A DNA stretch of 64,000 nt from Orbicella franksi (Eukaryota): assembly GCA_964199315.1 (NCBI GenBank), contig OZ116705.1, forward strand, positions 30,132,001-30,196,000. Reading direction: 5' to 3'. This document shows, piece after piece, positions 12,335-25,923 of this stretch. The position numbers and the translations under genes are program-made. The first letter of the stretch is position 1, and every line of letters starts with the position of its first letter. The notes beneath the pieces were generated by a model that searched no databases, was not told the DNA's origin, and saw only the letters and a list, made by a program, of their open reading frames with translations.

Positions 12335-15110
12335 TATCTCTACCACTTCACAGGAGACTGTTGTCTGCAACTGCGACTACTATTTTTAGATTTTCTCAGA
12401 AAACTGTCCATAAATGGGCATTCTTAGGTCAAAGACTGTTCTGTCACAGCGTGTCTGTTATCCTTTGGGCTGCAATAATACTAAGAGGATTTCGGATCAA
12501 TTTTGGAACGTTTCAATATCTTTTCAGGGTGCCAATCTCAGAGTGATATTACTTAACCCGTAAAACAGTTGCTACAAAATTAGATCATATTATTAGATTA
12601 TAATTTCCTAGTTTTCTTGCGTTAATTTTGACTTTTTGAACTAAATATTAGCTATATTTCACGGGTTAAATAAAATCACTCTACCAAGAAAAATGTCAAA
12701 GAATTGAATTAAAATGCGTGACGATAAAAAATGCAGCAATGCCAGCTGAATAAAGAGGCGAACGCGCATGGCACGGGTACAAAATTTAAAGAGCTTCTAC
12801 AAAGAAAAAAATACGGCCTAACCTAGAGCATGAATTTCATCATTCATGAACTGACAAACTATAAAACTGCGAGAAAGAAGAAAATAGAAAACCGTTCTTT
12901 TCTACCCCCTTAAACACTTCCCCAATACTATGTTAACTAGTCCACGTAAGTACCTAGCGCATCATCAAAATGCAACAAGTTAAGATAACCACAATTAAAC
13001 ACGGTGGAATTTCATCGGACACCAGCCCCAAAGTACAGGCTTCCTGATTGTCTCAGATCCATACAAACACTCAATCTTTAACCTTGCATAAGTTCTCTCG
13101 TCACAGCTCAATTATTTAGTGGCCCCACTGAAGGTCACCGCTTACAGAAAGTTCGTTCGCTTATATATTTAGTTAAATCCACGCTAACTACAGTCAAAAT
13201 GAAATAGAACACACATCAAATGAATAAACAAATGATCAAATGATCAAATTAGCCAAAAAATACATCAATCAATTGAAATCCATCTCCTAATGTGATGACC
13301 TGGTGTCTTGAAACAATAATTAAGAATAACCGAAGTACTTAAGAAGGTCTAAGAACAGGAAGAACAACAAGTGAGTCTGATGACAGCAAAATAATGACGA
13401 CTCTGACGAAAATAATCCTTTCGCAGGTGATTTTATCATCTATGGAAGAAAATGATAGAAGAGAACGCCTTCGCAACCTTTAAATCTCCAGTTACTTTAC
13501 GAGTTTTCCTCTTTGAAAAGATAAGCTAAAATTTGACATAATTTCCTCTAAAACTGGGTTGAAATTAAATTGGCATGAAAACAATTCAAAACAGAAATGA
13601 ACTGAAAATTTGCTACAAAGCGTAAATTGGAAAAGCGAAACTAAGAACGTTAATCGATCAGAATTGAAATGTGTAAAGTTTAAACTGGAAAATTTGATAA
13701 ACTTAATTTTGGTTTCTTGTGAAGTATACGTGGGCACCGCGGAGGACTGGGCAGAGGGGACATGGGCTAAAAAAATGTATCTCTACCACTTCACAGAAGA
13801 CTGTTGTTCAAAGACTGTTCTGTCACAGTGTGTCTGTTATTCTCTCAGCCGTAATAATACTAAGTGTATTCAGGATGAATAAGGTGTCAATCTCAGAGTG
13901 ATTTTACCTAACCTGTGGAATAGTTGTTGCACAATTAGATGCTATTGAATACCAATTTCATGGTTTTCTTTTATTAGTTATGACTTTTTTTGACTTACTG
14001 CTACAGTACATGTTGTTTCACGGGTTAAATAAAATCACCCTCCTGCGGAAAAATTTTACAGAATGATTAAAATGCGTTACCATAAAAACAAAAGGAAAAA
14101 AGCAGATTAAAGAGGCGAGCGCTCATGGCACGCTTCCTTACTGTTACAAAATTTAAAGAACTTCCACGTGCACAAAGAAACAAAAACCACCCGACACTTA
14201 CAGAATGAATTTAGTTATTCTCGAACTGAGTAACTTTACAACAGCCGAGAAACAAGGAAATAGAAAACCGTTCTGTTAAACTCCCCTGGAACACTTCCGC
14301 AAAGCCTCTCCAGCCGCAAAAAAACACCTGATTATGTTTGGTTGTCCACGCGAGTACATAGTGCATCACCAAAGTACAATAAGCTAAGATAACAACAACT
14401 CAACACAGTCGAATCTCATTGCATACCATAACCCGTAAGTAGACGCATCGTGATTTTCTCAGATACGTACAAACACTGAATCTTTAACCTTGTGTAAGCT
14501 GACAGCTCTCGTTACAGCTCAATTGTTTAGTGGCTCGACTGAAGTTCACCACTTACGGAAAGTTCGATTCCATATATATCAAGTGAAGTCCACATTTCCA
14601 GCAGAGTTGAAACTAGATTTTACACAAGAGGCTTTCAATAAATGAAAAATACAAAATGCGTCAGAGGAAGGTAATGGCAAATTCCGCCATTAGCTTCGAT
14701 CTAAAGAAACGAGACTCCGTCAAAAAAAATAAATGACGGCTCTGACGAAAATAACTTACGACCCTTTTAAATGATATTATCATCTATACAAGAATATGAT
14801 GGAAGAGAACGCCTTCGAAACTTTCAAATCCCTAGTTACTTTATGAGTTTTCCTCTTTGAAACTGATAACCGTATAAATAAAAAAATCAAACATAATCTC
14901 CTCTGTAACTGGGCTGAAATTCAATTGGCATGAAAAAATTCAAAATTGAAATGAACTGAAAATTCGCTACAAGGCATAAATTAGGAAAGCGAAAACCGAA
15001 CATTAATCGATCAAAATTGAAATGTGTAAAGTTCAAACTGGAAAATTTAGTTAACTTAACAAGTTTGGTTTGTTGTGGAGGATACGGGGGCACTGCGGGG
15101 AATGGGAAGA
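12335..15110 (+). repeat. Diverged ~1.4 kb tandem duplication upstream of copy B
   Basis: taccacttcacag.agactgttg...tcacgggttaaataaaatcac...gagaacgccttcg...aaattgaaatgtgtaaagtt.aaactggaaaattt occurs twice (~12335-13770 and ~13775-15110). The homologous region upstream of copy C (~46150-47800, minus) has one unit. Boundaries are approximate. Confidence 0.7.
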
Positions 15111-15127
15111 GGGGACATGGGGTGGGG
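15086..15127 (+). promoter_or_regulatory. G-quadruplex-forming motif ~360-400 nt upstream of the copy B start codon
   Basis: GGGGG-cactgc-GGGG-aat-GGG-aaga-GGGG-acat-GGGG-t-GGGG. A homologous G-run cluster lies upstream of copy C (46146-46188, minus strand). Function is not demonstrated. Confidence 0.4.
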
Positions 15128-15309
15128 TCGGTAGTTTTCATTCACAAAGCAACAGCGATAATGATCAATTTAGTGTTATTTAAAACAATTCTTGTATTGT
15201 AAATTGATGGAAATAAACTACGCTCCTCGGATAGGAGAAGTATCGTCAATTTCTAAGGAATCCGTCTTATTTTTTTACACTGGTCATTTTCCTTCTGCCT
15301 GTCATCCTC

Positions 15310-15485
15310 AACCTCGTCACTTATATGCGTCACCCCCAAGATAACTCATTTTTGTGAACGTGCTGTTTAAAATTTGTTAATATCCTATAATTCGACATGT
15401 CTTAACAGGTACATTCCAGTCACGCATTACCCTTGTGATGATTATAATGTGCATGAGAGTGAAGTTCCCTTTCAGTCGGAGCAAG
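15310..15485 (+). promoter_or_regulatory. Conserved proximal promoter / 5' UTR block of copy B
   Basis: Nearly identical to 45785-45960 (minus) upstream of copy C. Contains cacttatatgcgtcacccccaag (TGACGCA CRE/AP-1-like on the reverse strand) and a TATA-like cctataat. The TSS is unknown. Confidence 0.5.
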
Positions 15486-16419
15486 ATGTCGTCTGAGCAC
15501 CAATACGCGATGCACTTCTTTCTCATTTTTTTGATGATTTGCCTGGGCGTTCCAGCCACTGAAGGTATGGTATCTACTCTCAGTTGCATTCTCTGAATAT
15601 AAACCTTAATCCAACTTCTCACAACAAGCTCAAACGTTTTTATGTCTTGTTGATCAGAGAAGAAGCGAGCTGAAAGATGGGGGGAGGGGCGCACAGATCA
15701 AGGAAATTGAGAATTAAATCTCTTCCCAAAGCAATCAACATGTCCATTCCTAGGATATCGGCTGCGCATTCAGTTAAAACTTTGCAGATGCGATCATTTT
15801 GAAGAAAAACGTTTTTTTTATTCCTTTACAGCACTCGGATTCAAGGCCGGAAAAGAAAACGTAACAACAAGCTCACCAGGGCTGTTCGGTTGTAAGAAGA
15901 TTTACTTTCAAACGCCATTTTACAGCGGACAGCAAGTGACGGTTCTCGCCTCAGTTGGCCATACCGTGAAGAGCCAAACCCCTCGGAACGGCGCTGCAGT
16001 CTGGGTAGAAGATGTTAAAGCGAGTGAATTTACAATCTGTGTTTTAGAATTTGCTAACGGTTCAAATAAGTCCATTGAGGTAAACTATCTCGCATTTGAA
16101 ACGAAACCCCATGGATCTCAAACTGGCACCACATCCTTAAACTCTTGGACAACTGGAACGGAATGCAAGAGGATCGATTTTCAGCAGGTTAGAATTTGTT
16201 TTGTTAAGTGATTTAGAAAGTAAAGAGATATATAAAAAGTTCATGAAAAAGGGAGCCTCGATTGTGGATGTGGATGTAAGAAAGAAAAAATACAAAATAC
16301 AAAATATTAATATCGTCAGTTAACACTAAAAAATGATGATTGTAGTATACGAATTAATCTAATCAGTATGACAAAAGATGAAGAAATAGTGTGCAGAAAT
16401 TTTAGATCAACCGAAGAAT

Positions 16420-17830
16420 TAAACCTGGCCATACACGCAGAAATTCCTCAAAAATACAAAAGAGACAAAGAAAGAAATGCCAAAAAGTTGCCAAATATTG
16501 GCAGAAACTGCCAAAGACGGTTTGCCAGTCTTTTTTGTGTGCAGAATTTGTCAAAAAGTTGCGAATATATTTAAAAGGAATTAGTGCGGAAAAGAGTTTT
16601 ACTTTATGCAACGAGGTTGTTTAAAACATCAAAAGCGCCGGTCTTGGCTACCAAGGCGAAGTATTTAGCTTGAAATTACGATTCTAAGAACAAGAGTTTG
16701 CGTGATCGTTCACTGGTGCGACAGAAAAAAAACAAAAGTGACCTTTTAATCATGTTGCAAAATCATTGCCGCAATCTACGGAGCTAAAAACAAGCACAAG
16801 TCTTTTTCAAAGTGAAAATGAAGTTTCTCCCTGCTTTGAACTGAAGTACAACTTTTTAGAGAGATATAAGAAGCCGCTTACGATTCCGAGTACCAGAAAA
16901 CGACAAAACCATAACGGCTTGGACAAGAAAACGGCCGAAGCACTGAAACGAAGGAAATCCGCAAGGCAAAGTTCAGCAGCCGAAGAAGCTCCAGTGCCGA
17001 TTGTGACATATGTAGAAGACGAAATCAATGGCAGCTTTCAAGGAGAACGTTACCTCACCAACTACAAAGAAAAGCACAGCTACAGTACAGCATTCATTTG
17101 TTTCACATGTTTCTGGTATCATGTTATCCTCACTCCAGTTAAGAAACCAACATCAAAATATCTTGTATAAATAAGATGGTTCCACTCGGGCGAAATACAC
17201 TTGCAAAGTAGACGTTGGACATCGCCTCAATTGCGTCCTTGGATGGCAAATTCACAAACTCAAGCGGCCGTAAAACAGTCATACTCAAAGCCTACGCGAC
17301 GACTTTCATCCGCTTAAAATCTCGGAGCTGAAAGGTCACGCTAACCCAGATTCAACTGCAAGTTACAGCCTCTGAAAGAACGACGAAGGATGTCAAACAA
17401 GCTGGCTGGGTTTGCATTTAGTGCTACTTCTTAACTGGGGCATCGATTCCCCAGTTAATATTTCTATCAACTTGCAATCTGGTACAACGGCAGTCCACGA
17501 TCGGTAAGCTTTTCTACTACGAGAAATACATTTCGACTTTTTTATTCTTGACTCGATGTTATTTCGAAGAATTTGAACATTGAAAATTTGGCTGGTATTG
17601 AAATTTTAATTTGAGTGTAAAAATAGTTCTTACTTAAAACTGCCCGTTTGCTCAACGTTGTTGAATACCAGTGAATGCTTTCTGGTTTCACTTCGCGATT
17701 TGTGCGATATCGGTTCCTCGCGTGAAATTTAACGTGGAAATCACGAGTCAGGTAATCAATCTTCTTTACTGAAACTTGTCAATCATCTGCCCTTTTCAAA
17801 CGTGACTTGTGCAAACGCTGACCATTAAAA
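16420..17830 (+). repeat. Decayed interspersed element in intron 2 (present in B and D, duplicated in C)
   Basis: Homologous to ~61480-63010 and ~41925-44870 (minus). Part of it recurs outside the duplicated units at ~32480-32720, so it is an interspersed repeat. No intact ORF; boundaries approximate. Confidence 0.45.
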
Positions 17831-20800
17831 TATAGCGTGATAGCTCAGCAGAAAGTATTGGAAACAAATAGCGTCAGGGGATAAATATCTAAATTCGGAA
17901 TATTTCTCAACAACTGAAGAAATACACTAAAGAGCCGCCTCTCTTGATGAGAGGTCGCCTCAAGTAAAACAATTGTAATTCAAAAGTTGCCAAGCAACGC
18001 AAGGCTAAGGCTAAACAGAAAACTGTTTCAATGCAATCGAAAAACATGATGTTACTATGTTGAATTCTGTTGAAATTAAGAATCGCTTATCAATTGAGAC
18101 TAACTACAAAGATTAGTTTTCCTCATCAAACACAAATGTTCCTAATGCGAAAGATCAAAACCGATAACAATAAGCTGATTAGTGGTTTTTGGACTTGAGC
18201 GTATTTTTCTTCTTTTGAATATTTAAAATATCCTCGGCGGGCTCTCATTAAGAAAACATTTACACTTTCTGCAGCGTGTAGCGGGTTGCGTGACTCACTT
18301 TTGAATGTTAATTTGTTATTGGAGTCATTTTGTATTTTTACCATCTCAAACGTTCCGTCAGTTTTTGAAAAGATCTGTTGCAATCTCAAAATGTCTGTAA
18401 GTTGAAGAACCTTTGAAGGCTCAAACAAGTATTCTCCCATTATCGGTCATTTTCTTTTCCCTGATCTGTTCATTCGGTCATTCACCCACTCACTCGCTTA
18501 ATTTACTAATCTTAACTTCTCTCATTATTTCATTTAAGCGGTTTTCGACTCCACCAACCATATTTGTAACTGCTAGTCACCAAGTTCCCAAGAGACCTCA
18601 AGATGCCATGGCCGTGTGGGTGGAGGAGTTGCGCGTGGACAATTTCAAAATTTGTCTCAGAGAAGCAAAGATTTTCGATGGACCCCATAAGGGCATAAAG
18701 ATATTGAGTAAATTGAAATTTTGTTTTCTGTCAGTCGGCAGTCGAATGAACTAGACTCTGCCAAAGATATACACTTCGCCAAAGATGAATGAAAACCATG
18801 ATGACCCCTGACTAAAGAACGGTATTCTAAAATGTTTACATGCGTTACGATGTTCCAAATATATCAGAGGTCAACTTCCCATGTGACGTGCCCGATCATC
18901 TTCCATTTTCAAGCTGTTCAAGATGAGTCTTTTTTGTACCAGTATAAAACATAAATCGTTGGCTTTCAAAAGAAAATAATACAAAGAAAATATGTTTTTG
19001 GTAGCTCTTTGATAAACCTTTAGCTACTTGTAGAAATCATGTGGTAGGAACCGTTGACTGGAAGCAGTTGAATGCATACACAAGGAGAGTTGCTTCTTTC
19101 ATAGATTTTTTTTTCTGAAAAAAGGCAAATTATCAACATCTTACTGGGTTTGCGTATCTTGCCGATAATTTCATGTACTCTTGTACGTTGGTTAAAACAG
19201 TCCCTAATTGTGCATGTTTTTATTTCTTTAATAATTGGCAGGTTTTAACAACAATATCTTTTATTTCTTCTGCAGAATTGGATGGCGTTCACAAATCTGA
19301 GAGTTGACAATTTTACCATAACCGACAGTCTCGTGTTTACCAATACAAACTCACCATCTGATCAGGATAACTACGCTTTCTGTCAAGTAAGAATAATTAT
19401 TGCCAGCCCGCGGCATTATTGTTTCTTATCTAAATCCTCTTTATAATGGAGCATCAAAAGGGCAACAACAGCAATGCTTTCATAATAATGGAGGAAGTTA
19501 AAGTTGACTGTTAACATCTATTTGAACTGTGGACCCACAAAATCTGTCATAAATTAATAGTTTCTGATCAATTGATCAAACATACTTTTCCACTTCTTCA
19601 AACTGTTCAAATCAAATCCGCTCTGATTTGGAATCTAAACATTGGAATCAGCGCATTATAAATACCAATACGGATTATTTCTCAACCTTACCTCTAAAAG
19701 AGACTCGCGGATATACAGTCCATATTAAATTATTTTTTCCTTTTCCATTGCAGACAGTGAACTTCGCAAAACCATTTTATGCTCGTCCTGTTGTGTTAGT
19801 GACGCCAAAACGCACTGACAACAACAACAATGGTAACCTTTCTGGGTCACGTTGTAACGCTGTCACCACTTGGGTTGAGGTAAGGAATACCTGTTGTGAC
19901 CTTTGTGTGATTTTCGCAAACACTCAGGTAACAGCACAAATACCTCAATTTCCTCGGGACCCGTGAACATTATATGACATTGCGTAACAACGTAAATATA
20001 ACAGTTTGTATGGGAATGTAACAATCGCATATAACAGCTCCAGATATGGAAACAAAATTCAATAAAAACAATTACTTTAACTCTTCTGTTTGTTACTTGT
20101 GTTTCAAAGCGATTTCAGCAACTTTTAGTTTCAGTAAAACTTTCGTTTATATAAGTTCTTTAAAACTAATCGGGCGGGATAGCAACTTGAACCAGGCCGG
20201 GTTTAATTCATCTTTGATTTTATTCAGCATACATCTACAACTGATGCACAAGTGTGTGTGAAGAATTACAACAGCGACTCCAACAATAAAGGTGTTATCA
20301 CTGTCGACTACATGGTCACTGGAGGTAGGCAAAAAGATTCCATCTGGAGATTGAAAAAACACTTGGTAAATTTAGCATTCTCTTTCCTGTATCCATTTCC
20401 CCCTCTGCGATGTTGCTCATTGCAGTAATCTTTGTAAAAGCTTGCAAACCCACACTGGGAGGGCAGAAGTGTAGATAACTATCAAGCAAGTGTGTACTAG
20501 AACATCAGATCGTTTTGTGACAATTGTTTATATGTCTTGCCAGACTTGGATCCTTGCATCGACGTGACATGTCATTATCATTGCCTGTGTAAAGCGTTTG
20601 GACCAAATGATGCTCGCTGCGTTGCTGTTAACAGTTGTCCATCCTACCAAGAACCAGTCTGCTCATCAAATGGCACAACATACGACAATGAGTGTTTGTT
20701 TCGACAGGAAATGTGCATTCAGCGACTGAATTTCTCTGTGCAACACCCTGGTAGTTGTGAAGGTTAAAAATTGTTTTACTCTGAAATTTATGGCGATGTC

Positions 20801-22628
20801 CAAGACGATGATGATGATTACGATGAAAAAACCTGGGAAGTTTAAATATTTTGTACTGATTAGTGTTTTGTACTGTTATTTTTTTAAAGGTTTTCCTTTC
20901 CAGCGAGGTCGCCGTCACATGCCACACATTCCTTCACTGGGATATTCTCATTGTGAAGTAATTGGCCTCAAGCCTTATGTGTTTTATCCTGACAAACCAC
21001 TTGAAGTCCAGATCACTGTCAATCATATTGACACCAGTGACAAGTCATATGTACATGATGCCGCTGTGTCGTGGGTTGAGAATGTCAGTTATGATCGATT
21101 CACTGCGTGTGTGATGGCGGCAGGCTACAATGAGCGGAAATCAAAAGCTAACGTGACAGTTGATTGGATGGCGTACCAAGGGGCTCCAGTGGGTGGTGTT
21201 GCCGGGGAAGTACGGATATCACAATGGTGGACTGGAACGACTTGTAAATCTGTCAATTTTCCATCGGTAGGTACTTTTTTGTTTCATTTTACAACTCAAG
21301 TTCACGAACAATAATTTCGAATAGCTTACAGTTATCGGATTTATTTCAATATAATATGATTTCCTTTGGACTAATGGGACTAAAATGTCACCTATCACTC
21401 AGCCATAAATTAGAGCACTAACCCGCGCTAAGTTTTCAAATCCTCGTTACTGTTAAACAGCACTAGGGCAACAGGAACAACAACATCAGTAAGCTGAACG
21501 TCAACGGTAACAGCTTGTTTTTTTGTTTTCTATGCAGGGAAAGTTTTCAGTGATACCTTCAGTGTTTCTTACCGCAGCGCACTATCGTGCAGGACTCAAG
21601 CGCGATGCTGCGAGTGTGTGGATTGAAGACGTCACGCAATCCTCCTTTAAAGTTTGTTTGAGAGAGCTTCAGAACTACGCAGGATCTCACGACGATGTTT
21701 ATACTGTAAGTTTCTACACCTTTTTTTATGTACCAACCATGAGGCACTGAGAGATCTTTATCACTTACTTTAGCCTCTCAACACTGGTCTTTTGCATTGA
21801 CAGCTAATTAAGTCTCTAGCATACTTTACCATCGAGACATATTAATAAGAAACAGAATCCTGATTTAGACGTTTGCTTATGGTTATCTCACTTAATTTTG
21901 TGAAAAAATACTATTTTCGTCTCGATTTTCTAGTTAACATTTATTTATTTTTGTCTTTTAGAAATGGTTGGCATTTTCTTCTCTCCACAAGCCTCTTTTT
22001 ACAGAACATGATTCAGTCTATTTTGCCAACGCCCAACATCCACCAGCAGATTACAACAATGCCTATTGCAAGGTTGGTGTCTTTTTCGTCTTACTAGAGA
22101 GCTTGCCTAGAATTAGTTTTTTAAAAATTTCAAGAGTGGCTGTACAGGTCCCACAGAACAGCGTCAGTTTAAACAATACTCACTCCGTAGGTTATTGTAA
22201 AATTCAGTTTGCTAGTGGTCAAAGTTGAATAACAACCCGCTTACTCAATGAGAGCTTTTCTTTAGGATATCCAGTTTACTGAAAAGTACAACAGCACCCC
22301 GAATGTGTTCGTATCCGCGAACCATTCGTCTAGCGGTGGAAATCGACAACCAGTACACAATGGAATAACTGCTTGGGTGGAGATAATAGAGTCCTAAAGT
22401 GTGACGTCACGTTACCATGGCGCTGAAATATTGGGTTCTAAACAACTCGGATTATCTCTTGCGCGTAGGTCACGTAGTCTTTGTCATCGCTTTGTCCGGA
22501 GGTCAAAACCCTTCATAACCCTGTGTTTTGCAACAAAAGACGCCACGAAGAAGGACAGAGGGTGAAAAGGTCAATTGCTATTGCGAAATTACCGCTTTGT
22601 CATAGGAAATAGATCTAAAGGGAAGGAA

Positions 22629-24357
22629 ATGGTCTACTGCTTTGCCCCGTCGTGCAACCATTCTTCGGAGAGCCATACTTGCAAATACTTTAAATTTCCG
22701 AGCGCAGAAAAGGAAAAAGACGAATACAAACGATGGATCCGTCTGATAAGGTTCGTAACGGTATTCATCATTATCTTGCTGCTTGAATACAACATAAAAT
22801 ACGGCAGTTTTGAGTGAATGTGCGATTTTCACCGACTCGAAATGTTGTACCGCAGAAGCGACGAATGTCTCAACAACCGCATGCAGTGTTTTTTTATATA
22901 TCATTTTAGTTTGTGAGTGCTTTGATTACGATATTTTTCGTACATTTTGCGTTACCTTGTATTATGAACCTTGAGAAAGCTTGAATATAACTGTGAACGG
23001 AACATGCATTTGTTTTCACTACGCATTAGTAAAATGTGTATGTATAAACATTATAATCACGTAATTCTCACATCAGATCACAAACTAAATGGCGATTTCT
23101 TAATCTTACTTCTACAGGAGAGAAGACAGAATGCCCGGCAAGCACTCAAGGGTGTGTAGCTGTCATTTTAGAGAGGGCAAGAAGTCGAATGGCCCAGAAA
23201 TTTTTGAGCGGAACAAAGACAAACTATTCGCTGAGCAAAGGGGACCTCCTCCAAAGAAAAAGAAGAGTGTGCCCAAGGAGAAGACTTTAAGTGAGTTGGT
23301 AGAACAGGCTCAAAGAAATGAACCACCATCTGTTGAAAAGGAGAATGAACTAAGACCAAAAACAACACAGGAGGTTATCCTTGAGGCAGAACTGGACCTA
23401 GCAAAAAGAGAGTTAAAGAATCTAGAGGATAGATTACACTACAAGAACAGGTGTTACACTGTGACAGAGCTTCCAGGAGATGTTATTAGAATGGAAACTG
23501 GGCTTCCAACAAAAGAAGTCTTTGACATTGTGGTGAGACATGCCTTGAGGTTTAAAGATTCCATTAACTATTTTGCGGGCTGGAAGGTGGAATCTATCAC
23601 CTTTGAGGACCAGATTTTTATTAGTTTGATGAAAGTCAAACAGAACTACACAAACCTACACTTGGCCCAGCTATTTAACTGTAGTGTTGCTACAATTGCT
23701 AACATTGTTACAACATTTATTCATGTGTTGCATGAAATTTTATTTAAAGACATTATGACATCAATTCCATCACGAGACAAAAGCAAGCTATCAGCGCCAT
23801 CATCCTTTAGTCAGTATGGATCTTGTCGTATAGTCATAGACTGCACTGATATCGAGGTTGCAGCACCTGGACTGATGAGTCAGCAAAATGCAACATACTC
23901 ATCCTATCGTGGAATGAATTCATTTAAAGTCATTGTTGGTGTTGCACCAAATGCTGTCATAACCTATGTAAGTAAGCTTTTCCCGGGGTCTATTTCAGAC
24001 AAAGCCATCGTGCAGGAGTCGGGCCTCCTCCAACACTTAACCCCTGGGGACATGATACTTGCTGACAAAGGATTTCTCATCCAGGACATTGTCCCCCATG
24101 GAGTTTCAGTTAATGTACCACCATTTCTGAACAAAGGAGCTTTCACTGAAAGCGAGGCAAGGGCTACAAAGGCTATAGCAAGGTGTCGGATCCACGTCGA
24201 AAGAGCCAATGCCAGGCTGAAAGACTTTAGAATTTTGAGTTTTATCCCCTCCTACTTACGTTGTTATGCTGATGTACTATTTCAGTTGTGTGCTGCTCTT
24301 GTAAATTTGCAATTCCCATTAATTAAGGAGGGATGTGAAGATATGGTTTTTGAATAG
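22629..24357 (+). CDS. THAP-domain DDE transposase (DDE_Tnp_4/Harbinger-like), 453 aa, apparently intact
   Basis: join(22629-22750, 23118-24357). THAP signature MVYCFAPSC...FKFP...W...VCSCHF; catalytic motifs IDCTDI, LADKGF and RIHVERAN; no stops. Confidence 0.88.
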
Positions 24358-24990
24358 TTTTGTTCATAGCATACAAGTGAATGTAAGATTATATTTCAAA
24401 GCTAAAACAACATTTAATTACAAATGTCATGTTGAACTCAAATATAAATTGAATATTTACCGGTATGTTACTCACATCCCATATGCTACATATTTTAAGA
24501 GTGACCATACAACAGACAACACTGTTGCCTTACTTCGAACAGAACTTCTATTACTTAAATGCTTTGTCATAAGAAGTCATTACACTGAAAACTCAAATAC
24601 TATTTTCAATCATCTGTGAAATTATGAAAAATGATCTTAATCATTGCTTGGTAAATGACAAGGGGAAATCCCCCACCTCCCCCTTCCCCAAAGAAAATAA
24701 GTGGAGCTCTACCTCCCAACTTTCTTTCTTGGAAAACTTAATGGAAAGAAAATACTATCAAGCTATTTCAGTGCAATTATAGAATTCTAATATGTTTTCA
24801 TGTTTAAAAGTTTATCTCGAAATCACTCATGGATATATTAGCTGGCTTGCTTTAAAGACTAAGTATCAACCAACCACAATACTCTCCTTCCACTAATTTT
24901 GGGAATGAAAAATTACATGAGTTCTCCTTTGACTACTTTTGGGAATTACAAAGTTAAAATTTCTCTTCCTGATTTGGGGAATTAAAGAAA

Positions 24991-25923
24991 TTACAATTCT
25001 CCTTCCACTACTTTTGGGAATAAATGGTCATGGTAAAATTGAAGTAAGCACGGAATGTTTTCTACCCATGTGTCGTCCCTTTGTATCAGTAAAATAGCTA
25101 CATCTTTTGTAGTCCATACAACAAAATAACAAAACTTCCTACGTGAAAAGTACATTTCTCCCTGTACTTGGTGCCAGTAGACATGCTCTTTCTTCAATGC
25201 ATAACCCCGCCCACTTTCACTTTTCTTAAGGCAAAATGTTCTTGATTTCAAAGCCTCTTCTATTGTAACGTTTCGTTCTGTGTACGGGCACTTCGCTTCC
25301 AAAACAATTTCGTCATCAACAATGCCATCTGGGGATGCCCCAAGGATTCCAGAAGAATCGAACCAGATAGCACAGTAATCTTTTGGCGCAGGAAACAGTT
25401 CAGAAACCGCTTGATTTGAGAGCGATGTGTTGGATTTTCTCTTTCTCCACCGACATTCCACGTCTGTACGGCTTAGATGGTAAATCCCATGAATGAAAAG
25501 GGCGGCCGCGTGACTACATTTAAACGCTCCTCTTGGACATTCGCATTCGGTTGTTTTTATGTTTTGTTGTTCATCCAAGTAAATCTGCAATTGTTTAAAA
25601 TAAAGGATTATTCGTATGGCAAACAAGTTTTTAGAAGAAAAAAAGTTGTGGCAAGATTACACATTGGCCGTCGTTATGTAAACGAAAGTCAACCTGTGAT
25701 ATATACATGTACTTGAGCGTAACCAACAACTTTCGAAAGAGTAACTCACCGTGACTTTATAAACCTTCTTTTTCATACTTGCGTGTACTTCACCGCGTAA
25801 AACTCCCTCGTGATAACTAAATGACTCCACATGATCAGACTTACAATGATTTTCTCCCTTCTTTATCGATTTCTTTTCGTCTGAAAAATAGGAAAGCAAC
25901 GACGCGATAGAAAGCGTCGCCAT
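24991..25923 (-). CDS. SWIM-finger / YqaJ (lambda-exonuclease-like) second ORF of the transposon, 255 aa, probably internally deleted
   Basis: join(complement 25750-25923, 24991-25584). SWIM motif CECPRGAFKCSH; PD-(D/E)xK core GASPDG...EAKCPY, YWHQVQG. The N-terminal YqaJ motifs expected before SPDG are not seen. Confidence 0.75.

Noticed and set aside
13377-13411. CTGATGA ... GAAA, a possible hammerhead core
   Set aside because: No stem II pairing between the two boxes and no stem I/III or NUH site.
15458-15470. kappaB-like site (GGGAACTTCA in B and C; GGGAACTCCA in D) near the start codon
   Set aside because: Imperfect consensus and a short motif expected by chance; conservation is explained by the surrounding block.
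16766-17170. 134-aa ORF in intron 2 of copy B
   Set aside because: Lies in a decayed repeat; the frame is not conserved in C or D.
22384-22390. Harbinger-type 3-bp TAA/TTA target duplication for the 3.6 kb element
   Set aside because: Comparison with the empty sites in A and D gives a 2-bp AT duplication (or none if the terminal T/A are counted as element), not 3 bp.
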